DNA from: Anthoceros angustus
Taxonomy: Eukaryota > Plantae > Anthocerotophyta
DNA length: 64,000 bases
Direction of reading: 5' to 3'
NCBI GenBank assembly: GCA_010909165.1
Contig: VJWM01000011.1
Span: 806,001 to 870,000 of the forward strand
Position numbers and translations under genes: made by a program. Shown here one piece after another: positions 13,248 through 23,162 of this stretch (its first letter is position 1; the number at the start of each line of letters is the position of its first letter). A model generated the notes under the pieces. The model worked only from the letters and a program-made list of their open reading frames with translations, did not search any database and was not told where the DNA came from.

Positions 13248-15635
13248 AACACGATAATTTTTGAAGGGGGGGATATACTGACCCCCTTCGGCCGAGACAG
13301 CACCCCCTTGTCACGAAGAACACCTTACCTAGAACAGCATATGTGCCTACTTTGATAATGCACACACCCTTTTCCGAGGTCATATCTTTGATAAAGATGC
13401 ACTTTCAAGTCTACACCCGAGAACCGGAGCATGAGGGTGTGGGCCCGTTCGTTTAGTAGAATGCATAGAGGGCTGCCATTTTCATATGTTTATTACAACC
13501 GAAAACTTTTACTTTCAAGTGGTGGAACACAATGAAAACAATCACTAGCGGAGTCTCATTTAAGTGGTCGTGAGAACATTGCAACAAACAATCAAGGAGG
13601 AAGTGGTCATCGGCATCGACAATAGCCATTCAAGAGTGCGGCTGGCGACTCATCCATGCCTTGCGAAATCGAGTCAAGTACCACCGCCATATTCGAGGCG
13701 GTCCATATCCTCCGCCTCGGTTGTCGCTCTCCTCCATTGCTTGCTCGTCTTCAATAGTATCATTCTTGGGCCCGGTCCGGCGGTGTCGGCGCCACCACAT
13801 CTAGGGTCTGACCCTCATCCAAAAGGTCGCCACCGTGGTCTTCAACCTTCGGCACTCAATGCAACCACTTGGGCTTTAAGGCAATGCCAACGTCCTTAAA
13901 ATGAACAAAGTTAGTTGCCCATGCGCCCATGCAAGCATCCTTAAAATCAACAAAATTGAACTTGAGGAGGCACGAGGTTTGAACACAAACCTATTCATTA
14001 CTACACTTATTTCCCAAACACTAGACCAACAGTCCATGGGTAGGTGTGCTAGGGAGGCGGCCGGCCCATGGGCATGGCGTGTTGGGGGCGGCGGCGCCAT
14101 GGGCATGGCGTGTTGGGGGCGCGGCGGCCGGCGCCATGGGCGGTGTGCTAGGGAGGCGCGGCCGGCCGGCGCCATGGGCGGGTGCTAGGGGCGGCCGGCG
14201 CCATGGGCGGTGTGCTAGGGAGGCGGCCGGCGCCATGGGCGGGTGCTAGGGAGGCGGCCGGCGGCGCCATGGGCGGGCGTGTTGGGGCGCGGCGGCGGCG
14301 GCGCCATGGGTGGTGTGTGCTAGGGAGGCGGCGGCGGCGCCATGGGCGGTGTGCTAGGGGGAGGCCGGCCGGCGCCATGGCGAGCATCTTGGGGAGGCGC
14401 CGGCCGGCCGGCGCCCTCCTGCCTCATCCTGTGCATCTGGGTGAAGCTAGGGGGACAAGAAGGAACGGTATCCTATCACCGATGGAAGGTGTGGCCCATT
14501 TGCGGGAAGGGTTAAAAGATTTGCGTCCATAGGTGATTGAAGAGTATAAGTGGTGGGAAGCCTTGGACCGGAAGGAGATTGCTATCATTGTGGAGAATAA
14601 CATTGGGCTAGTGCTACGTCCTTGGAAGTGGTTTTCACGTGCGAAGTGGATCATACTGACTGACCACTTCAAGTGCGGATGAAGCTTTGCTAGATGAGGC
14701 ATTATTGAGGACCTCCACGTGATATGTATTTGGGGCATATCAAAATGCGGGAAGGCAAGCTGGAAATGGCGGATGAATGGGGACATAACGGAACCGAGAG
14801 GGATGTTTACGGCGGTGCCGTGCAATACGGACATGCATAACAGGCCATTCTGGATTGGGGAGGTCATTGACGTGAAGCTAAACGCACCACGACCTCACTT
14901 TCTTATCCACTAGTATCGGACCGAGCACATAGATGCGTATGAAGGGAGATATGTGCGGGAACACATAGTCCGCCAGAGTGGTAACCCATCCGTCCAATGC
15001 CGAGGAAAAAGGGAATAAGATCCATTACCTAAAAACATACAGGAGGTATTTGTAGATGAAGCAGTCATCTGTATTATGGGTTTGTGTTGAGCATGGAAAC
15101 ATCTGTCACGGTGGACAAAAAGCGATAAGGGATAAGCTCTGCGAGTTGCGTGGCTTCATACAACTGCGAGTGAAAGTGTCAAGATAGTGATGACAATGGA
15201 GGAGAAGTCGGACCAAGTGATGACGATGGATTGAACTCGGGATGAGTGAAACCGAAATCTCGTTTTCCGGGGTCCCGAGTTAATGTTGTAAGTCCGTTCT
15301 TGATGTTTACGTGTTAGGAAATACCACATCGTGGCTTTTGTGGTGTCATAACAAAACCACATTTCCATCCCAAAGCGAGTTCTGATCGTCCTGCTTGCGG
15401 GACGGCCTTCCTCACCGTTCCTACTTTGCATCATTCCCTAGGTTCGAGTTTGCGACCACCATTCGACACAAACATTCTTTGGATGGAAAGTAGTAACTTT
15501 CTTGGTGACACCTTTTTTTGAGCTGTTTTCGCAATGCCTTCAAAGCATTTTAGGGCCCATCAAAAACCCCCTTCAGAGATTATTTGCGGAAAACCCCCTT
15601 CGAGATTATTCACCCCCTTCAAAAATTATCGCGTT
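13248..15635. mobile_element. Non-autonomous TIR DNA transposon, 2388 bp, 4-bp TSD GTTT
   Basis: TIRs AACACGATAATTTTTGAAGGGGG and CCCCCTTCAAAAATTATCGCGTT; GTTT at 13244-13247 and 15636-15639; removing it restores the Copia reading frame. Confidence 0.88.
14033..14415. repeat. Very GC-rich tandem array, about 11 units of ~30-39 bp (GGCGCCATGGGCGGTGTGCTAGGGAGGCGGCC-like)
   Basis: CCATGG core recurs every ~30-39 bp inside the TIR element. Confidence 0.88.
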
Positions 15636-16165
15636 GTTTCCATTGTCTTGTTGATCTTTTTAAGATTGGTTGTGTCTCTCGAATACTTTGATCTTCCTCT
15701 TCTTCTTCAAATGCAACGATTCTTTGATCTTCATCATCTTCTTCAACTGCGATAATTCTTTGATTTTCATCTTCTTCTTCAAGTGTGATATTTCTTTGAT
15801 CTTCATCTTCTTCCTCAATTTCGACATCGAGAATTTCCCTTTCTCCCCCCTTTATGTCACGTTGTTGAGAAGATTCTTTAGGTTGAGGAATAGGTTGCTC
15901 AAGAGTGTCATCATACTTAGAATCCTCGTCATGGTTTTCTACATACGCCGATAGATCCTTCATGATAATCACTAGGGTTGGAGCTCCCACTCCTTTGTTG
16001 GGTTCCACAACCTCATTAAATACAATATCCCTGCTAAAAATGATCTTCTTCCTTGTAAGATCGTATAGCCGATATCCATAACCTCATCAAAGTATCCAAG
16101 CATGGTGCACTTCATGCCTTTCGGATCCCACTTTATCCAGGTTTACTTTAGGACATAAGCGTAAA
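15636..16165 (-). mobile_element. Ty1/Copia remnant B, integrase C-terminal region and acidic linker
   Basis: KWDPKGMKCTMLGY..., GYRLYDLTRKKIIFSRDIVFNE, acidic repeated linker (EEEDEDQR), ILKRSTRQWK. Confidence 0.85.
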
Positions 16166-16373
16166 CCGCAAAACCAAAAGCCTGGTGCCCCGTCGTGGGT
16201 TGTCCCCTTTCGCCTCGGGGTAGGTGGGATTTCCAATGTCGTTCTTTTTATAAAGTCTCCACATTTCTTTAGCACTTATATCATCTTACTCAAATGAGCC
16301 CGTCTCGCTTCTTGTTCAAACAACGGGTCCGAATACCCCTGTACCCCTAGAAAACCCAAGAAACATGCACAGC

Positions 16374-16720
16374 CTGACTTGAGTTCAAGGTGATCCAGCT
16401 AAAAGCTTTCAATCTCTTCAGCTCTGACAACAGGTTGTGAAATTCTGGCACTGGTCATTCCCGGTGCACGAGAGTGTCGTCCAGGAGAGGCTTCAGCTGC
16501 AGGAAGCAAGTTCCCACAGCCTGGCCATGGCCCTCGTCATCTGCTGCTCCTGCAACGACGGCAACCATTCTGCTGCCATCGGCACACCGGGAAGCACTAG
16601 AGGCAAGTTTCGGAAGCGATTTAAGAGAGGGACATCCTGTCCCAGGCTGGGCTGGTCAGGAAGATGGAACACACATCTCGTATGCATGCAAAAGATGTAG
16701 AAATCATTCGACCAGAGGAA
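16374..16720 (-). pseudogene. Decayed copy of the COMMD7-like gene plus its 5' flank
   Basis: Aligns by eye to ~3410-3750 (gagttcaaggtgatc..., ttcagctgca...cccacagcctgg, cctgcaacgacggca(a/c)ccattctgctgccatc); an internal deletion removes the FEWRLGV codons; frameshifts. Confidence 0.85.
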
Positions 16721-16819
16721 CGCTTGGATCTGGCCTTGCTTCTTGAAACCAAAAGCTACAGCTACAGCTACAGCCCTGCCACTCGCTCCTTCTTTCCTCC
16801 CTGACGTCCATGAGAAATC

Positions 16820-17222
16820 ACCTGTTCATCCACACAAGAAGGCTGTGAGATGCTTCTCCTGGCAATTGCATGCGAGCCTGAACAGAAATGAGTAGAAAGG
16901 GACAAATGAGAGTTCCTCGCCTCAGTTTCTCCTCGTCCTTGGTGACCACCAAATCATCTGGGCTAGGTGCCTGGGTCTCCAAGCATGCTCTTGCAACTAG
17001 CCCACACCTTCTGAATCCGAAGCCAAGTCCAGGAGCTCCAAAATGGCGTCGGCAGACAGTTTCACCACTCGGCCCGGCACTCCACTGCCCCAAGACCCCG
17101 CTGGCGCTAGAAATTGCAACATTAATCCTCCCGGAATGCACCCTGAGGGCTCCGCTGCTGTCGAGTGGGAAGAATGCCATACTATTGCTGCTTTCACAGG
17201 CGACAGGACAGCTTCCCGCCAT
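16820..17222 (-). pseudogene. Orphan 5' fragment of a plastid-targeted gene
   Basis: Ser/Arg/Ala-rich transit-peptide-like ORF ending VARACLETQAPSPDD...; splice-like sites; no downstream body seen. Confidence 0.35.
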
Positions 17223-17562
17223 GATTTACCTCCTATTTCTGCTCGCTCAACTGCATTCAAGGTGCCAAATGGTGCAGCCCAGCAGTCTCTGATTGATCCT
17301 TCTTGTGCTTCTGCGCTCAGGTGGGTTCCACCGTGCCTGTCAGTCCCAACGGATTGGTGCAGACCGGTATGTGGCCGCCCCGGTGATTTTATAGGAAGGA
17401 ACCAAATGTTGTCAGGAAAATTTCGGGCACTTTGGTCGGAACATACTGACAGGGAATTCCATGTCACCAGATCCTTTTTCTGACCAAGCGTCAGAAACCA
17501 GGTATGCTATCTTTCAAAAATTTGTACTCCGTTCTCACTTGTGGGTAACTTGTTTAGGCACA

Positions 17563-18125
17563 GGAGGCGAAGGAGTTCGTAGAGATGGTTTCAGGGAACT
17601 CCGCGCTGCTTGTAGTACAGCTGATTGGGGATAACATTCCCTACCTGCCTGTGCTGGACCTGTTCACCAACTTCAAGGCTCGCATGAAGAAATGTGAAAA
17701 GAGGTTGGACGAGTTCTTCACCAGAGTTCTACGGAGCATCTATAGGCAACATCCCAAGCAGAAGTACCCCGACTTTGTTGATGATCTCCTTGTGCTTCAA
17801 GCAAGAGATGGATCGGACCATCGAAGCACATTGCCTGGTTCTTCGTTTGTTACTCTCAAACCTCACACATTTCTCAGGACTTGGAGGAGAACTACTGCAC
17901 ATGGGTTTGGACTTTGGAGGTGATTTCAAGAATCATGAGGCGAGCAAGTTCACGTCGTGCAGGACATGGTAGCGGCAGGAACGTACAAGGCTTCCAACGC
18001 CCTGAAATGGGCGATGGCTGTACTAATCGGGCATCCACACATTGCTGCCAAACTGCAGGCTAGGCAGAGCTCGACAGTGTCGTGGGAAAGGAGAGGCTGG
18101 TGGAGGAAGCTGACCCCGGACAGGG
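17563..18125 (+). pseudogene. Cytochrome P450 fragment (CYP71-clan-like, F-J helices)
   Basis: IGDNIPYL, PDFVDDLL, I-helix DMVAAGTYKASNALKWAMA, ELDSVVGKERLVEEAD after a frameshift; no ExxR or heme motif. Confidence 0.8.
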
Positions 18126-18640
18126 TAGGAAGGTGTTTATTTCTATGATTTCTATGGTGTCAATCCCGGTCGGTGTGTTTCCTATCTAACGTTTCGGAAT
18201 ACCAAACAGGAAAGAATTTGTTCGTCCACGACCATTAGCTGGGAGATTCATGCTTGTGCCTTCTTCCAGACTTGGCCTCGGCTTGTTCGGATTCCTTGTT
18301 TCGCTGAAGACATTTTCGTTCAGAGGGCGAGGAGAGGAGCTTCTGGCAAATGCTTTTGCAGTCTGGGAAGACTACGAGGATTCTCATTCTTCGTACGATT
18401 TGAGGTGTACTTCTTCCCGCTAATCCATGTTTCACAGCGTTGGAAATGGGTATTGAGTCTAGAGAAGCTAGGGCACTACGTTCAGAGTTGCTGCTTGCTC
18501 GTTCGTTGTGAGCTTTGTCACGATCGGTGTGGTGTGTGGTAGGGTAGGCGGGCTTGGTGAGCAGTGGGTTGGACGCTGCTTCGACAAGCTGTTTAATCGT
18601 TGTGCTTGGGTAGCCTCAGGGATACTGAGGCGCTTGCATT

Positions 18641-19249
18641 ATGACGAAGGATTCCGCACAAAGTCTGCGGGCCTTGACCTGTGCTCTGCACAATGAGCCT
18701 GCGTCAGCCCCGTCTGACAGGGAGATCCAACACATTCCCGTTGATATCGAGGATACCCCAGAAGCCTACCTGTATGTATTTGACATGCCTGGTATCGCCG
18801 GAGACGACGTCCAGGTACGAATTGTCAGAGCCATCCTCCACACTTGCATGCAAGGTAAGCACATCAGCTCGCTCCCGAGGTGGAATTGTGGAGGAGTGAC
18901 TGGTCTGCTTTGGATTGGCCATGTCCAGGTGCAAGTGGAAACACGTGAACCTTCCATGAACTGGCTCAAGATCAAGGGTAAGAGGACGCGGGATGGGGAG
19001 TCTGAGGAAGACAAGGGCGAAGCCACGCGCTGGCGTTTTTTCCTCCAACTGGAGCGCAAAATGGGCAACTTCGAGGAGGAATTTCCCCTTCGACAGGATG
19101 CCAACTTGGATGAAATTGCTGCTTCCTCTAAGCATGGAGTGCTGACAGTCAAGGTGCCAAAAGTCAAGGTGAATGGTGCCAGAGGAGGACCTGGTGGCAC
19201 CTCTGGATCGCCGGCTCAGATAGAAGACAGGCCTCCGAGCGTGAAGTGA
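18641..19249 (+). CDS. Small heat-shock protein (HSP20), one intron 18815-18928
   Basis: PVDIEDTPEAYLYVFDMPG...LERKMGNFEEEFPL...HGVLTVKVPK. Confidence 0.85.
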   Translation: MTKDSAQSLRALTCALHNEPASAPSDREIQHIPVDIEDTPEAYLYVFDMPGIAGDDVQVRIVRAILHTCMQGKHISSLPRWNCGGVTGLLWIGHVQVQVETREPSMNWLKIKGKRTRDGESEEDKGEATRWRFFLQLERKMGNFEEEFPLRQDANLDEIAASSKHGVLTVKVPKVKVNGARGGPGGTSGSPAQIEDRPPSVK

Positions 19250-19489
19250 ATTCAATGTCAGACATTCATAGCTGCCCTTGCTGACCAGACCAGCAGTTTT
19301 GAAGGCAGCTAGCTAAGCTTGCGTTAGAATGGGAAACTTTATTTGCATGCAGATCCATGGCAACTTTCCTTGGCCTCAAATTTGTAGGACAGTTGCTCGA
19401 AGATACTTGTCTTCATGTCATTACAGCCAGTTCTACTTTTTTCATTCCAGCAACGCTGACCTTGCGTGCCATGCAAGGCATTGCATGCT

Positions 19490-20143
19490 TCAGAAAGGCA
19501 GGCTTGGTGGTGCAGCTTCAGGGAGGTTGGGCTGGAGCTGCGGAGGGCCCTGGCTGGTCCCTGGGTCCGGAGGAGGAGGGGGAGCGGGGTCCTTCTCCTT
19601 CTTATGCTTTTCCTCCGGCCCGCACTCCTGTTCCTGGACAAAGCTGCTGCCGATTCTGATTTCGTAGAACTTGGGCCTGTGAGCATGGGGGATAGGGCTC
19701 TTGGGAACCAGAACCGTCAAGACGCCGTCCTGGCAAGCCGCGGCGATGTGCGTGTTCTCCACGCCGGAGGGGAGCGTGAACTTGCGCACGAACTTGCCCA
19801 CCCTTCTCTCCTTCTGCAGGTACCTGGACTCCGGCCTCTCGGGCACCTCGTCACGGGTGCGCTCTCCGCTCAGGATGAGCACACAGTCGTTCTCAATCCG
19901 TACCTGCAAGGCAAGGCCATGTCCCAATCCAGATCAGCTCAGGCTCAGCAAGTGCTCCCGTACTCCATCCCCACAACTGCTTTGGAATACAGTTGCACCA
20001 ATTTGAAAGTTTCCGTGGAGGTAGACCTAGGATCTTACAGAGCAGTCATGAGGTTTGAGGCCAGGCACATCTGCGACGAAGATGTAGCAATCCGGAGTCT
20101 CCCTGACGTCCACGTCGGGCGGAATGACCGCCGGGCCAGTCAT
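19490..20143 (-). CDS. Small heat-shock protein (HSP20), exons 20143-20039 and 19903-19490
   Basis: DVDVRETPDCYIFVADVPGLK / ERRVGKFVRKFTLP...DGVLTVLVPK; Pro-rich tail. Confidence 0.9.
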
Positions 20144-21515
20144 TGCTGCGGCGCTGAGGGCATTGGACGAGAGATGCGGATTCGCAACCTACAGTGACCC
20201 GGAGATTCTGATGCCGGCATTCCAATTCCCCCGCCCTGGGGCATGGACTCTCATGAATTTGCTCCTCTGCTTCCCGAAGTCGACAATCGCAATTTGCTCG
20301 CTCTTTTGCTCCTCGGGAACCAAGGGAGGAAGACAGCAACGGGAATGCGTCCGCCAGTTATGACATTCCGAACCCGTTGCTGTGAAAATCGACTTCACAC
20401 GCCGTGAACTTACACTGGTTGTGGCTAGGATTAGCTTCTCTTGTTTAGGGTTTTCTTGTTCCAATTAGGGTTATTTTTCCACGAGCCCACTGCATGACAA
20501 ATATGGGTCTATCACTCACAGCGCAAGCTCGTCGAGCTAAATGACCTACAAGTAATAAGCTACAAGCTCGTCAAGCGAAATGATCCACCGATGACGGTAA
20601 CTTAGCTATGTACATACATCCATATATAACAGCGATAGCTATTGAACTGGCACCACTTTGCTAGCACCACTTTGCTTACACCACCCTCATGGTGTCTCAC
20701 TTCTCCTCTCCTGAGACCTTGCTGAAAACAGCATCCTTGAGACTCCACCTATGGTCAGCCCTTGAAAGGGAACTAGTTCTTCTCAGGCATTTACTCCTCA
20801 GTGGCATACTCCTTGCGTTCTGTACCGTAAATCTTCCTCGTGAATAAATAGGAAGATGTTTGAGACTTCGGCAGCCACCAGTATCTCATGGAGGCCGGAA
20901 GCTTGTCCTTCCTTTGGCCCGCATCACCTTCTGCAAGAATGGGACCCCTCGCTGCAAGAAGAGAGCCATAAACCGCTTCATTCCTGGCCTTGATGACAGG
21001 CATGAGTCTGGCAGTTGATAACCGTGCCAGGACAGGGAATATGACAATTTCTTCCTGGAGCTGGGCACAAGCAGCAGCCAATATCCCAGACCTTCCGGCT
21101 CAGACCCTCCTTCTCAGGGGTGGCATCCTGGCCATTGCCCCCAGCTTCTCAGCGTGTGAGAAGGGCAGTACCACGGCACACCAACTCATCAGCATTGGCC
21201 CAGTACATCCTGTGCATGCGGGCAGCTGTGACCAGCGGGCCACAGCAGAGGGTGGCTGCTGAGGACCAGAACCAGTGTGGCGGGGCTGCAACATCCCACA
21301 GCCACGGTGGACTACCCCCCTCTTCCAGCTTGCAGCTGACACCCAGCGCCCCCAAAGGGATTACAAGGAAATCCATCCACTGCAGAAATCAAGCACAACT
21401 TAATACACAATGCACATATTATACAGTTTACATGCCGAGCCCGATAAAGTTGAAATGGAAGGGACAACAAGAAGAGAACCTGCGTACCCGGGCAGAATCG
21501 GGTTCCAAGCCTTCT

Positions 21516-22902
21516 TCACAACTCGATAGTTGCTACCTTCTGCACGTTTGTGTCGGGTGCAGGTTTCAAAGACCGTGCATTCATACTATTTCCGAAAAGA
21601 GTTACCCGTAAGTCTTCAACCTGAAACATGAAGATAGTTCCAGGCTTGGGAATGACTGCAGCACCAACCGGAAATGAATGAGCTCCTACAGAGTTGTGTC
21701 CAAAAATATGCAGAATGAACAAGCTTGAATTTCGTACCCCGTAACTTGTCCTCACACGTGATGATGCTGAAGGCAGTCTCTGTCTCTCGTATCATGATCC
21801 CTTGAGTGCCAACTATACTCTTACTTTTTGATTCTACAACTGCCAATTTCACCACATCAGCTGCCGTGCACGAACATTCCATGAAATGGATTCAAGGTAT
21901 GAAACAGTGCAACTGCTAAAAGACGGACCAGCAAGAATGGCTCCATGTAAGTCTGCTGACATCAGCAGGGACTGAGTCATCTCCATCGACCCTCTGCACT
22001 TCCGGCGATTTAGCATAAACCACTGAGATTCAAAGGCTTAAGCTGTCAAATGTGCAAGAATCAGCTGGAGACTGTGTTACCTGCATTCTGCAAGAAGGGC
22101 AGTCACATACTCTTTCCACATTTCCTGCAAGGGCTTGTACAGACTGTACCTGCATAACGAGGGTAAATAATCCCTTTTGTTAACAAGCTGTGTCATGTGT
22201 AACCCTAACTCCTTTCCTGTTCGACTGGAAGAGATGCGCTTACTTGCAGTACTGTTCGGGGATGTTGAATGAGCCCAGACTTCGCTGCTTCCGTGACGGC
22301 ATACGAACAAGTGACCGCTTTCCCCGGCTCTTTGTTGCTCTTAATAAGGCCCTCCCAGCTGCTCCACGTGTTGTGGGATTGTCAAGCATCACAACCTTGT
22401 CTTGAAGACGCATGTCAATTGTCGCACCTATATCTCCCCGGATCCTGCAATTGTCCTTCAGAAAATCTCGTAGGACCTCATCCACCACCTTCTCTGGATT
22501 CACGTATTTGGGCAGCTGGTGCAGAAAATTTCAACATGTCAGCCATTGCCATCAGACCACCATGGAGATGACTGAATCTTCCGCAGCTAAGGTAAGTAAA
22601 AGCAGCAAGAGAGGGGCCTCACCTGAAGATGCGCAGCAAGTGGGCCTTTCGTCACATCCTTACACAGCGGGGCATAGGTTGGATCTCCGGACGTCGAGTC
22701 TGCAACAATTGCACTCAACAGTTAGACAACAGTAGACTCACTAATTGCACGACAACAACACAAAAATTGTCTACACAGCACCTGTTTCACAAATGCCTCT
22801 GCCGAATGTCTTTCTCTTCACAGATTTGGGAGATTTATGGTAGGGAGACCCAGCGGGCGGGGTAGCTCGCCCCACCAAGGCTTTCAGCGTAGACGACTTC
22901 AT
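21516..22902 (-). CDS. POP4: RNase P/MRP subunit POP4/Rpp29
   Basis: YKPLQEMWKEY, ADLHGA, VGTQGIMIRETETAFSII, VIPKPGTIFMF; first exons reconstructed from GT-AG sites. Confidence 0.88.
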
Positions 22903-23162
22903 TATGCAAATGTGTTCCGCTTGCTAGCTGCAAAGCTGGTTCTTACATATATAGACTCCTTCTAGATCAAAAGAGCGCCAACTCGATTAGATTAATCGGG
23001 ATCGGGCAGTCTTTGTTGCGTTATATTACGTTATCACTATATTCCATATTAGGTCTGTTAGGTACCTAGTATGTATGTAGGAGGGCTCGGAAAGTAGGTA
23101 GTGACGAGAGTTGGGGACTAAGTAGGCTGGGCCGAGGTGTTTGGGTCATCTTTTGAAGCACA

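Noticed and set aside
14033-14415. Array as CRISPR, or its Gly/Arg/Ala ORFs as proteins
   Set aside because: No unique spacers and no cas genes in a eukaryotic context; the ORFs are a by-product of stop-free GC repeats.
18150-18640. Heat-shock elements upstream of the sHSP
   Set aside because: Only scattered GAA/TTC units; no convincing triple nGAAn array.
20660-21380. RNase P/MRP RNA next to POP4
   Set aside because: No recognisable P4 consensus or Pol III terminator.
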